Made by a program: the position numbers and the translations under genes | Source: Octopus vulgaris | Taxonomy: Eukaryota | Direction of reading: 5' to 3' | Assembly (NCBI GenBank): GCA_951406725.2 | Contig: OX597826.1 | Location: 6,448,001-6,512,000 of the forward strand | DNA length: 64,000 bases | Part shown: piece after piece, positions 26,294 through 39,139 of the stretch | Layout of the letters: every line of letters starts with the position of its first letter | Numbering within the stretch: position 1 is the first letter of the stretch | Notes under the pieces: model-generated | The model's input: only the letters and a program-made list of their open reading frames with translations | What the model was told of the DNA's origin: nothing | The model's database searches: none

Positions 26294-26923
26294 TAGTGGT
26301 AGAAATTGATATTAATCAATTAAAACCAGTGGTCTAGTATATTTTTAAAAATCCGAAGATTAAAAATCCTCTAAATTTTATATATATATACATCACCTGG
26401 AAACCTCCACAGGAATATTTATATCGATAGGCTCTACCTATGAAGAGATAAAGAGTTCGAATGTCGTAAATGTCGTATAGTCTCTCTCAGACTGCACTTG
26501 CTAAACAACAACAGCAAAAACAAATACATTAACTAAGTTCTAAAAAGTGAAGAGAACACTATCCTTCGTGTCGGCAGCGAGCTCCTTAGGAAGCACTCTC
26601 TTCCGATTACCTGCAGAAAATAGCCGGGACTAGCATACCATAGCGTATATCTGGATGTAAAACGCTCAGTGTATCAAGGAAAGCCCATACATGTATATGT
26701 TTCCCGAAGACTTGAAGAAGACAGTAATATATACATGAAACGAAACATCGCTTCGACTCGTGACCACTATATCACATCATAAGTTGAATCCTATGCATTT
26801 GCAATCCCACCGCAGGAGATTGCTACTAAATACCTAATAAACAATAAAAAAGAAAAGAAAAGAGGCGGTGAAGTCGTTGGTGTTCGAAGATGCAACTGAA
26901 ATATAAATTATGCCAAATTTTTG

Positions 26924-27495
26924 TTATTTCTTTATTGCCCACATGCGGCTAAACATAGAGGGGACAAACACTGACAGAGAAACGAATTAAGTCGATTACA
27001 TCGACCCCAGTGCGTAACTGGTACTTAATTTATCGACCCCGAAAGGATAAAAGGCACAGTCGACCTCGGCGGAATTTGAACTCAGAACGTTACGGCAGAC
27101 GAAATACCTATTTTTTTACTACCCACAAGGAGCTAAGCACAGAGATGACAAACAAGGACAGACAAACGGATTAAGTCGATTATATCGACCCCAGTGCGTA
27201 ACTGGTACCTATTTAATCGACCCCGAAAGGATGAAAAGCAAAGTCGACCTCGGCGGTAATTGCACTCAGAACGTAGTGGCAAAAGAAATACCTATTTCTT
27301 TAGTACCCACAAGGGGCTAAACACAGAGAGGCCAAACAAGGACAGACAAACGGATTAAGTCGATTATATCGACCCCAGTGCGTAACTGGTACTTATTTAA
27401 TCGACCCCGAAAGGATGAAAGGCAAAGTCGACCTCGGCGGAATTTGAACTAGCATTTCGCCCGGCGTGCTAGTGATTCTGCCACCTCACCGCCTT
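26924..27495 (-). mobile_element. SINE family A head-to-tail trimer (tail 1), ~180-bp period
   Basis: Three repeats of ..AAGTCGATTA.ATCGACCCCAGTGCGTAACTGGTAC..GTCGACCTCGGCGG; only one unit keeps the 5' head. Confidence 0.93.
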
Positions 27496-27589
27496 ATTTT
27501 TGTGGAATACATCAGACGTGTGATTAGCAGCCGCCCAAAAATAACATCAAATTGCTACCTCCGTCTGCGACACGATTTTGTAACATGAG

Positions 27590-28030
27590 CAATCGACAGA
27601 AAATGCTATTTGGACAGAATGGCTGCTCTGGAATAGATATAGAGACTCACTCTACTATTGAACACGTATGCAAAGATCAACACAATGTATACTGGTAGAG
27701 AGAGACATTCCCATAAAAACATCTGTCAAGTGTAAAAATATAATCATAGAGGTCAGCTCTCCAGATATTGTGAATATATCTTTGAATACCAAACAGAAAG
27801 AGGATGACATTGGACAACTGCTTTGGAATATTCGGCTTCTATATTCAGATTTCAAATTTACATTCACACCAATAAAAAATGGTGCACTTGTTCTTGTGAG
27901 TAAATGCCTAACTGACACTCTGGATAAACTTGGATTTTCACACAAAGAAACCAACAAACCAACTCGCACACTTCAATTAAAATCTGAGTGGAACGGTAGA
28001 AATATACATGACATTTCTCCGGTTGAAAAA
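27590..28030 (+). mobile_element. Second restriction-like-endonuclease (R4/Dong-type) non-LTR fragment
   Basis: DIPIKTSVKCK..IIEVSSPDIVNISLNTKQKEDDIGQLLWNIRLLYSDFKFTFTPIKNGAL. Confidence 0.7.
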
Positions 28031-28620
28031 GTGACATTGTTTTCGTTATTAAAAATACAACGATGGAGCCTTGTATCTATGCAGGAAATAGGCTCCTTCC
28101 TCAGGTAAAGATGTTAAATAAATAAAAGCGAAAGGGAATATACAGAGCGAGCGAGGGTGAGAGAGAGAAAGAGTAAGAGATGTGCCAACATTGTTCCTTT
28201 GAAATGAGTATGTACTTACCTGATTTATGAGAAACGGAATACGAAGAAAGATACATAAATGGAAACCTACGCATTTTTCTTACCTATTTCTTTTTTTGTT
28301 ACAAATTCAGATTAAGAGGAGCATGTAGGTGGATAGATGGTTGTATATGTGAGCAAATATTTGCAAAGGTAGATATAATGACAATGTTTATAAATTTATT
28401 TGGAGAAAACAAGTTATATTTATTTTTATAACCGATGACATTTGAAGAGAAGCTATAAATTAGGATGACGTAATATTTTCTATAAGACTTCGATGCTTCA
28501 GTGGCCTGTTGAGCCTCTGGGTTTATTTTCCTTAATATAGATTACATTCAGCTGTCCTTTCATGTAGAATATCCTACAACTATATCTATTTATCTATCCA
28601 CGTCCCTATCTACCTGTCCC

Positions 28621-28785
<165 letters not shown>

Positions 28786-30530
28786 ATTTCGTTTCAAGTT
28801 ATTAATGACATGACATTCTTTTTTATTTTATTTAAAAACTACTCGTTGGAATTCAACAAACTTTTCAAAGAAATGCTGCAACAGTTATATATGCGTGGTG
28901 TGTAAAGCCCGTGAGATTCTGTAAGACAACACAGAAACTACGGCCATGTACCAAATTTACGTAAACCTCCACTGTCTCAAGTTAGTAGCGAGGTGTAATT
29001 CAATCTCATGTATACAGGAAAATACTAAGATAATTGTTTGATGTACATACTGAAATATAAAAAAAAATGGAAGAAATGGAAATAAACAAATAAGCAAATA
29101 AACAACGTTCAAAAATTAAAGGTGACGTGGTTAGTAAGGGATATATGAGGGTTTGTTTGAAATAAGTTGGAAGAGGCGCTGGTCCATAGAACACGCTAAT
29201 TTCTGGAGCTCCTCTGATGTTGCACCACGGGATGCATACAATATTGCCTGTCACCGTTGGGCAATTGAAGGTCTTTTTCATTCTTTTATTTTCTGTATTT
29301 CGTCGCGTCGCTCTGAAACCAATTCTGCGTGATCATATCACTGCACATACCCTTAAAACCTCGATTACGTGGAAAAGATATTGACACAGAATTTATAGAT
29401 AAACACAGTATTCCTTTACTTTTTTTTTTCGTGTTCAGTTCTCCATGTTGTACCATGATACGATGACACGCTAAGAGGAAACACGTCCATTGAACAAAAG
29501 ATAGAAGACAACAATGAAGTCTATCTCTGGCTAATCTATTTGCTAGTGTAACCTATTCATTAGAACAGTGAATTATATTAATAACCAAGGGGCGCACGAA
29601 TTGTTATATAATTGTATATATACATACTAAATGATTGAATAAATGACGATATATCCATGGACGTAATGCGTAATGCTTAAATTACAAAAAAAAAAAGAGA
29701 AAGAGATTTTCACATATATAAAAACTATATTTTTTGACGCGGTGGATCTCGAAGATAAAGCCATAGCTAATAACGGGTAGAATATTGGATAACAACACCC
29801 CTTGGGCGGAAAACAGATGGATGGCTATCGAAATAATTCGAGTCCAGAAACACATCAGATTTTCTCTATCAATTTCAGACTCCCACGGGAAGCTTTTGGC
29901 TTATTTCCATGTAAAGCGCATTTGAACCCAATATCTAAACGCTATTATCTATGGTCTGATCCTTTTTCAATGGCTTCTGTAAATAATACTATGTTTATGA
30001 ATTTATTGTAGATTTAATATGTTGATGTAAATAATAATAAGTAACATGGTTTTACAATAAATATGCAAGAAGATGGAGATGTTGTTGTGTTGGAAGTATG
30101 TATTCAAGTAATTACCCGATGGTTGGGGTTAGCACTTAATTATATTTAAAGAATGAAGCACCCAAATTTGTGCAAATTTGTTCAATCAAGAAAGCTTGCG
30201 ACACACATACCCGTATACACACACATACACACACACACACACACACATACACACACGCGCGCAAACATCATTTTGAGTGCGGTTACAAAATTGTGGTTCA
30301 ACAAATGTCAGAATTAAGTATTAAAACTAAATTAAATTTGAATTTTAAAAGAACTAAAATTGAATAAGAGACTGATTGTGCGTTTGCTTAAAAAATGGGC
30401 TAATCGATGAAGTACAGTAAACAATAAAATTATATTTGTTATTAGGTAAACATTAATATCAAAATGGATACATACCCAAGGGATATATGAATAACTGTAT
30501 GTACATGTCCCTGTTCTTGCGTGCATCTAC

Positions 30531-30569
<39 letters not shown>

Positions 30570-30661
30570 CATACATAGAGAGAGTGATACAGAGAGAGAA
30601 GGAGAGAGATAGACAGGCAGCTGAACAGACATACAGATAGATAGATTGTAGATAGATAGAT

Positions 30662-31697
30662 AACTGTCTTTATTAACCAATAAGGGCCGAACACAGAGGG
30701 GACAAAATACAATGGAGAGCTTTTCTTTTCGAAAGTAAAAAAAGAAAATAGAAAAAAAAGGAGTCGTTTAAAAATTAGGGCGTGGGGCGATCACAACGGA
30801 TCGTGTATCAGAGAAAAGAGCAAAAATATAAAAGAACTGATTAGGTTTATCGGTGGAAAGAAAAGCCTACGAAAAAGACCATGGTAACCTCATGCAAGGA
30901 GGTAAAAAAATACATGAGTGCAAAGTGCTCTCGCTCACTGTTTTTTTTTTTTTGGAGTTGCAGGATCATGCTCAAGGTGATCCTGTAAATTCGTCATTAC
31001 CGCGTACCATCTTTGCTACTTTCAGCCAACTTTTATTGAACCTTTCTTGAGACAATACCTGCCTCTCTATTCCCACCTTCCTTTTCAAGTGGTACTTGAA
31101 AAAGTTGATGTGACATTTACCAGAAATGAAAGTGTTTGTCTAAGCATTTCGCTCGAGTCCACCACCCACATTCTTTCACCATGGCCACCAGTACGATGAA
31201 AATTGCCTTGCCTTCCCGGTTGAGGGAAGGGGACGGAGCAAATGTCACCATAGACTCGGCCGAGAGGCGGACTTCTCCCACACGTGACAGCAGCCGTTCG
31301 GCATAAGCCCACAGGTCTTAAATGGTTGGACATTGCACGAGTGCGTGCAGAACGGTTTCGTCGCTCTGACCGCATCTCTGGCAAGTCTGTCCGTTGTGTC
31401 TCGAACCTTGCCTGTAGAGCTTACCCCAAACGGGCAATGCTTCTCGATAGCACTTCCAGGACAGTGATCTCTGATAACTGTCCATATTTCTCACCCCGAA
31501 AGTTGTCCCGAACAGGTTGGTCGGGTGTTCCTCGTCGACGCCCAGACTCTACCAGAGAACGTCGCCACACCTCCCCTCCACTAATCGCCTTTGGAACGCC
31601 TTCGGGCAATTTAAATCATTCACGTTTGGTCCCGGACGGCAGGGTTGCTTGAGAGCAAGGCAGCACTCGTGGTCCCATTTAACTGGCCTCGGTCTCT
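30662..31697 (-). mobile_element. 5'-truncated L1/Tx1-type LINE (ORF2 C-terminus + 3' UTR) inserted in a GATA/GACA microsatellite
   Basis: MDNYQRSLSWKCYREALPVWGKLYR..CQRCGQSDETVLHALVQC (31330-31383)..LWAYAERLL; AATAAA near the 3' end; GATA/GACA repeats on both flanks. Confidence 0.85.
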
Positions 31698-31778
31698 AGA
31701 CAGACGGGCAGGCAGACAGATAGACAGACAGGCATGCATACATACAGACAGACAGACAGACAGATAGATGGATAGATG

Positions 31779-31847
<69 letters not shown>

Positions 31848-31940
31848 GCAGACAGACAGATAGGTAGGTATAAAATATGTATGTATATAGGTTCACACAC
31901 ACACACACACACGTACACACACGCACATATATATATATGG
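31698..31940. repeat. (GACA)n/(GATA)n/(CA)n microsatellite
   Basis: Tandem units. Confidence 0.95.
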
Positions 31941-32066
31941 GAGTACAAATATATTTGAATGTATGTCTTAAAGTATGCACAATACACTATGATTAGAATA
32001 TGGCGGAATATACATGATACATTAAATGTAATAAGTCACGTATACACGAGTGTGAGCTAGCACGGG

Positions 32067-32490
32067 TTACATGAACGCTGGCACTACATCAGTTGGAAAT
32101 ATATCCCGAATTCTTCTCACATGAAATCCGATTTCTAATAATAAGCATTCATGTAAAGATGTAACGACGTTAGTAAAAAGAGGAGCAATATCAAAACTTG
32201 ATAGCTTTCTACAGAGCACTAACGAATGTAGAATTAAGCGGACCGACCAGTAGTTAAGTCTTTGCTGAGAAGGAAATAAATTGATAAGGGTAATAGAGAA
32301 GGACTGCAACATAAAATGTATTGAAAGGAAGGGATAAGGGTATATAAAAAAGTGATGAAAGGGTTCAAATTCCATCTTAGATCACAACTATGACTGCGGA
32401 ATCGCTGACGTAGATCCAGTGGAAATAAATCTCCACTGTGGATTATACCAGGTAGCCCAAACTGTGAATGTGCTTTCCTCCACACATTGG
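32067..32490 (-). mobile_element. Possible Penelope-like reverse transcriptase relic
   Basis: LSSFDIAPLFTNV resembles the Penelope RT motif xSFDVxSLFTNV; upstream FGLP; hammerhead-like fold lies just 5' on the same strand. Confidence 0.5.
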
Positions 32491-32565
32491 CATTAGTCAG
32501 AAGAAAATTACATATATATATGTAATTTATATATGAAGATAAACCAACAAGGATATCCAGATGTA

Positions 32566-32654
32566 ATGCAATATGATCGTTTCATGCAACTCCATTTCAT
32601 TGAACAATGCAATCATTACATCAATTTAAAATGCAGAGCAATCTTCAGCTGCAC
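32566..32654 (-). ncRNA. Type I hammerhead ribozyme-like motif (degenerate, long stem II)
   Basis: GUGCAG-CUGAAGA-[58-nt hairpin]-GAAAC-GAUC-A-UA-UUGCAU; stem I GUGCAG/UUGCAU. Confidence 0.55.
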
Positions 32655-32824
32655 AAAGACATGTAATTTAAATTAGAACAGATGGACATATTAGTATAAT
32701 TATACCTAAAATCCCAAAGACGTTAAGGAGATAGACCATATATATATATATACGTAGATGCACCCCCCCCCCACCCGCACCCATATATATATATATATAC
32801 ATATATATGAATATATGTATGAAT

Positions 32825-33030
32825 GTTTGTGTGTCTGTGTTTGTCCCTCACCATCGCTTGACAACCGATGTTGATGTGTTTAGGTCCCCGTAACGTAGCG
32901 GCTCGGCAAATGGAACCGATAGAATAAACACTAGCCTTACAGAGGATAAGCAGGGCGACCTGTTCGACTAAAGGCAGTGCTCCAGTATGGCCGTATTCAA
33001 ATAACTGAAACAAGTAAAAAAAATAAATAA
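32825..33030 (+). mobile_element. SINE family B, 3' half
   Basis: TTTGTCCCTCACCATCGCTTGACAACCGATG..CCAGTATGGCCG..CTGAAACAAGTAAAA. Confidence 0.88.
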
Positions 33031-34210
33031 ATACATGTATATTTATATATGCAGTTCTCATAATCCCTCACCCAGTATTAGTAACTATTCCATCCATATC
33101 TAAGAGTACAAATGAAATGAAAGTTGAGATCGTTCAGACATCAACTCAAGCAGATCAATGCAACGAAGCAAGTTGAGTTGAATCCTTTGATGATGTACAC
33201 AATGGAGATGCAGATGAGCATACCTACCTAGAAATATTTAATAGAGAGAAAAACTAACAGTTTTAACAAAAGATCATCCGTAATTGGAAAAATTCTTATA
33301 GTAAAGTATTAAAGGAGAGAAATGTATGTTTCACTAGAAAACTCGAATTCGAACCCACTTGGTTAATTAACACCCTTTCAACAACATCCTCTAATATAAA
33401 CAAATGTAATCATTTATCTTGAGAGACATACATACTGATAGATAGATAGATAGATAGTAAGATAGATAGATAGTTAGGGAGGTAGCTAGCTAGATAGATT
33501 AGTTGAATTAAGAATTAATGCAAAAATTTTGTTACGTAAACAGGTTCTATTTAAAATCAATCGAATTTCTGCGTTACATAATTAATTAAGCAAGGAAATA
33601 TATTTAATTATTATATCCTTCATGCCACAAACCGATTCATTTACACAGGTCGTTGTTAAAGCTATCTACATCTTCTCATGCAATGCAATAACCCCCTTAA
33701 CCAGCCTCACGTTACATCCTCCCTAGCTTTTGGAATTCTATCTATCCTGATGTTTGCGTTGAATTACGTACGTTTAAATAAAACTTGCTAATAGTTTGTC
33801 TTCTAATTAATATCGGCATTCAAGACTTTACTTTGTAGTTACTAAATAACACAGGCTTGTACATCGGTTCATGCATCAAACACATCTGTTTCTCTTAACA
33901 AGGAGTAGTGAAGCACTATTAGAAAATTAATCTGGTGAATGCCGCAAAGAGATACGACGTGTCGAGTAGTTGATTCCTAATATATTTTTATATAGTTGTT
34001 TTGTTTCGGTTATTTATCTGTAATTTGTTTCTTAACATATCTAATTCCCTCGCTGTTTTTCTTTCATCCTTTCAATAATATCATATAGATGTGTTCTCCT
34101 TGAATTGTTCCATTTCTTTGATGCTTTATCTTCCTGTTATTGCTACTTTTGACGATAGAATGTTGCAATCTGCTCCCTTTATATATATCTATATATATCC
34201 ATATATATCC

Positions 34211-34224
<14 letters not shown>

Positions 34225-34245
<21 letters not shown>

Positions 34246-34840
34246 CATAGATAGATATATGTTTCTATGTATACATACACGCATATTACAAACACTGACA
34301 ACCATACATTCATATGTATATATATAAGAGAGAGAGAGAGAGAGATACGCACAGTCATATACATATGTAGTGAGATAGATATGTTTGTATGTGCGTGGAG
34401 GGACGGTTTATAGGTCATTTAGCGAGTTTGTGCATTTGTGCGTTTTCAGTTGGACTTCCACCATTTCATTTATTATTGTAAAGGAAGAAATAACGAAATT
34501 ATTCTGTTTGTATTTGCTTCAATCTAGCTACAACTTGCTGGTATATACATATAACGAAGCATACTCAAAAAGTGTCATACTGACTCATTTAAAAGCATAT
34601 TTAGAAAAACATAAACTGGTGTGTATCCTGACATATTCGATTAATTTATTAAATTTTGCTTTACGATGCACATACAAACATATCTATCTCACTACATATG
34701 TATATAACTGTGCGTATCTCTCTCTCTCTCTCTCTTATATATATATATATACATACGAATGCATGGTTGTCAGTGTTTGTAATATGCGTGTATGTATACA
34801 TAGAAACACATATCTATCTGTGTATATATATATATATATA
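34225..34840. repeat. Long inverted repeat (~170-bp arms, ~270-bp spacer)
   Basis: About 34225-34396 is the reverse complement of 34666-34840; the ORF track shows the same peptide on opposite strands. Confidence 0.93.
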
Positions 34841-35071
34841 TCACGTGATCATGTGACTGACCAGACCATCACTTAATTGAGCAATTTCATTTAGATAATC
34901 TCTATGGTACACATGTCAAACAAATGGTGAGAATCTCACATAATTATGTATAACCAAAGTGAATATGAATATGAACACTAAGATGCGCAATAAATACTCT
35001 TTAAATATATAGTGGACCCTCAGTTTAATTCCAAATGTCAAACAACATAGAAGCCTCATTAGTATTCATAT

Positions 35072-35305
35072 CTATTTCTTTACTACCCACCAGGGGCTAA
35101 ACACAGAGGGGACAAACAAGGACAGACACACGGATTAAGTCGATTACATCGACCCCAGTGAGTAACTGGTACTTATTTAATCGATCCCGAAAGAATGAAA
35201 GGCAAAGTCGACCTCGGCGGAATTTGAACTCAGAACGTGACGGCAGACGAAATACGGCTACGCATTTCGCCCGGCGTGCTAACGATTCTGCCAGCTCGCC
35301 GCCTT
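35072..35305 (-). mobile_element. SINE family A full-length (tail 1)
   Basis: Complete head, body and tail; CCTCATT on both flanks (imperfect TSD). Confidence 0.93.
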
Positions 35306-35429
35306 CCTCATTTGTTTGTTTGTTTGTTTAAATTCATCGTAATTTGAATATATATATATATATATATCTGAAAAAACACGTCAAAAATAGAAAATGCTAA
35401 TATCAACTCGTGTGTTCCTTTTCACCCTT

Positions 35430-35499
<70 letters not shown>

Positions 35500-36073
35500 G
35501 ACGAGCTTCTTTCAGTTTCCCTCTACCAAATCTACTTACATGGCTTTGGTTGGCCCCAAGCTTTAGTTGGCCCACACAGCCACATCTGTATATTCTCTTC
35601 TGAAATTGCATAACCATGTAGATATAAAGCTATTAATAATAACACGTCATTGTTGTGTTAAAAAATAATATCAGATGGAAAATTTGAAAAGCCGTTCTTG
35701 GGAATTGAACCTACATCTCTTTTTATACATGATGGGTGTTCTTTCGAATGTTTATAAATTCGTATGACGTCAACAGCATTCAATCCTCGCTGGTGAGAAA
35801 AAAAGTTACTGAAAAACAAACATTTCGAAGGTTCGCTTTAGTAATGCCCTTGTGATATATAGAAGATATATGGTTTCGAGTGTCACGAGCAGCCTTTAAA
35901 TTTATTTACATGCTTATTCATAATTTTATATGGACTTTGAGGTCGTATTTCTCGAGATCAACCTTCTCCCGAATGCTTACGAATTTTTATGGTGTCATAT
36001 ATATATATATATGCTTGTGTGTGTGTGTGTGTTTGTGTGTTTGTGTGTGTGTGTGTGTGTGCGTGTGTGTGTG

Positions 36074-36310
36074 TGTGAAGGCACATGACTCAGTGGTTAG
36101 AGCGTCGAGCTTACGATCGTGAGGATGGGAGCTCAAATCCCGGACCGGGATGCGTGTTGTGTTCTTGAGCAAGACACTTTATTGCTTCAGTTCACTCAGC
36201 TATAGAAATGAGTTGTGACATCCCATGAGCATCCTTACCTGGACTTGTGCCTGGGAGGGTAACTTTGTAGGTGCAATCCCATGCTCAGTGTCGTGACAGA
36301 AGGGGTCTCA
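36074..36310 (+). mobile_element. SINE family C with internal deletions
   Basis: Matches the reverse complement of 8421-8757 at head and tail. Confidence 0.88.
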
Positions 36311-37499
36311 GTGTGTAATTTGTATACATGTCTGTGTGTGTGTGTATTAATGCATATATATGTGTGCATTGAAACTTCGAAGTAATAGAGTGAGAGCGCC
36401 TTCCATGTTTCGGCCTGTTAGTCTTCGTCAGTGTCCCGCGGTAACACGCTGAAACGATGGCGTCACTCTCAGCCTTGTATAAGCTGAAAGTGGATGAACA
36501 TGTTCTCTACTAAAGAGTATTGAGTAATCTTCCAGATTCATCTTAAAACGTATTAGCATTGATATAAAACAAACACAGACACACACACACAGACTGCATA
36601 TTTCAGTAGATCCAGGTATAACAACAGCTAGCTTATTTTTACATTTAAATACAAATTCTCTATAAAATTAGACTGTTCGGCTTGGTTTTCATACACATTT
36701 TCCCATATATTCCAGAGTTACAATCGACATGTCGATCTATAAATGGAATCTTGTATGTGCATATTAATATTTATTGATCCGATCTAATGCAACTCGTTCA
36801 ACTTCTCTGTCAACTTACAAATCTATCCTTTATTTATCTGATAAACGTTTCAATCAATCGATGAATTAATTAATATATTTCTTTATCTCGCGAACAGGAA
36901 AGATGGCTGAGATAGTATAAATCGCGTGACTAAATCCATTACAGTAATCATAACAAGATTCTATATTCGCGTTTGAGATTTCACCCGAGTGAGTCAAGGT
37001 TACATTTTATTTATTCGAATTAATTAAAATAAGTAATAGCTATATTCTGTTGTCGTTTAAAGTCCAACAGATATCCAGTGCATCACGCATAATAATTTTC
37101 CCCGTGGGTATAATTGAAATTGGCTTTTCAAATCAACAAATACTATGTCAATATTACGGCGAGGCTGCTGCTAAATACTGACTGGCTTTTTCGTAAAACA
37201 TTCTGCCCGAAATAGCAGCCAAATGCTCCAGAGATCACAAATTGTAATCTTTATGAAACTAGGAAATATAGTAGAAAAATTCTGTTGTGATTGAAGAAAA
37301 TGAAGAGTTGATAATAATTGGTAGAATTGTGATAATGTCTTTTGTTTATCAAGGTTCACATAGTGCTAACATGGAAAAAGAAACAAAGAAAAATAGATTT
37401 TTTAAAATCATTTGCTTACTAACAATGACAATCTCTAAGGCATTTTAGCAACAATTGGTCCGGTGCAAATGGTTAGTATGACCATGATAAACCTGCCGC

Positions 37500-37670
37500 A
37501 CATTGCCAGAATATTTTGGCAGAAGGCCAAGTCGATTACATTAACCGCAATGCTCAACTGGTACGTATTTTATCAACACCGCAAGCATGGAAGGCTAAAT
37601 CCACCACAGCAAAATTTAATCTAGAATATTTTGCGCAGCGTGTTAACGATATTGCCGGCCGGTGTCCTTA
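37500..37670 (-). mobile_element. Degenerate SINE family A
   Basis: GTCGATTACAT..CAACTGGTAC..TTTATCAAC..GTTAACGAT landmarks. Confidence 0.65.
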
Positions 37671-37928
37671 CATTGCCTGAGTATCACCCATTCAATATAG
37701 CGCGCAGCTTCCCATTCAATATAGTGCGTAGTGTACTTTCAAATGTCTCCCTATAATTTCAACTTTAGAAATCGAAATATGATTCTAGGTTAGTTCAAAT
37801 ATGTTTGCGACATATCTTAACTTCTTACACAAAGTCACGCAGTGTATCGAGAAGTAAAAACTCCGCTCCCATGGTAAAGGTAGCTGCTCAGTATCTCCTG
37901 ATTTGCTTCTAGCCTTCCTCGGTTGTAG

Positions 37929-38099
37929 ATACTGGAACGATAACTGTGGTCATACTATAAAGCTCCAGATTTATCGAGGGACAATTAATATCAGTGACTA
38001 GCGCGGCGACTCTATTTGTTCTGACAAGTCACTAATATTGATTGTTCTAAGATAAAGCTACGGTTTTATAATCTGCCCAGGGTTATCTCCCTTCGGTAT
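37929..38099. mobile_element. Palindromic MITE-like foldback element
   Basis: GATAACTGTGGTCATACTATAAAGC..GACAATTAATATCAGTGACT pairs with AGTCACTAATATTGATTGTT..GTTTTATAATCTGCCCAGGGTTATC. Confidence 0.8.
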
Positions 38100-39139
38100 T
38101 TCCTATTGAGGATAGCAAAGGAGTTAGAAACGCATTTAGGAGTCCACTAGTGGGACACACTGAGCAGATAAGTTGTTTTCACAGCATTTGCCATAAGAAA
38201 CAATTCTACCAATAAGCCCGAATTATTTTTTTCTTCGACAAACTGCAAGCAATTTGCTAGTTAAGTTAGAGAATGTCACAAACATATTTTTACCCTTCAT
38301 CACGCTTAGCTTGACTACAACTAAGTATATTTGTTTTTTCATTTGGCATATAGGCGACACTAGATACAGTCTTCCAATTCTGCTGGGCAATGAATACATT
38401 GTTCTAATTTTGCTGGGCAGAACTGGAACAATTTATTTACACAAACCAACTTTCTATCAAATATGAGACGCTTCTCTGTGAACATAATCAATTCTGCTTC
38501 CGATTCTTTAATGGTAGCACAATTGTATGCAAATTAATTTGAATGGTTAACTAACTCATATTTTCATATTTAAAGTTAAAATCTATAATATTAAATATTT
38601 CTTTTATTCCTAATATTCTATATAATAAAACCACATCAAATTTTCTATGAATTTCTCTTTATCTGAGATGTTATACCAGGCAAACATACGGAATGTTTTA
38701 TTTGTTTTCTACCATATCTCAAAGATTGTACTATGACGTTACGGGAAGCACAGGCTACAGAGTGGGCTCTGTTTCAAATATAAAAGAAGGAACAGACTGC
38801 ATATAAAGCGGCGTTATGCTTAGTATAATATGACTAGACTTGTACACTCTTCGGATCTAGTTTTTTTTTCATTCGCAAAATATGCATTTTGTAAAAGACA
38901 GTAAAAAATCTAAAAATCGGCAATAACAATGTAGCCTCCCAGGTATGATATTGTGGAGAAAATAATTGGAGAAAAATGCTACAGATGTTTAAAAAATCGA
39001 AAAAAAGTTGACATTTTTAGCCAATAGTGAGACAGAAATTTTCTGCATTTAGCGGAGCGGTGTCAAATTTAAGGTTGTACCCTGTGAAATTTAGTGTTTT
39101 TCTGCATGTGTTTACTTTATGCGTATTTCAGTATGACTC

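Noticed and set aside
26924-27495. CRISPR-like or satellite array
   Set aside because: Units are ~180-bp SINE bodies with no unique spacers, the context is eukaryotic and there are no cas genes
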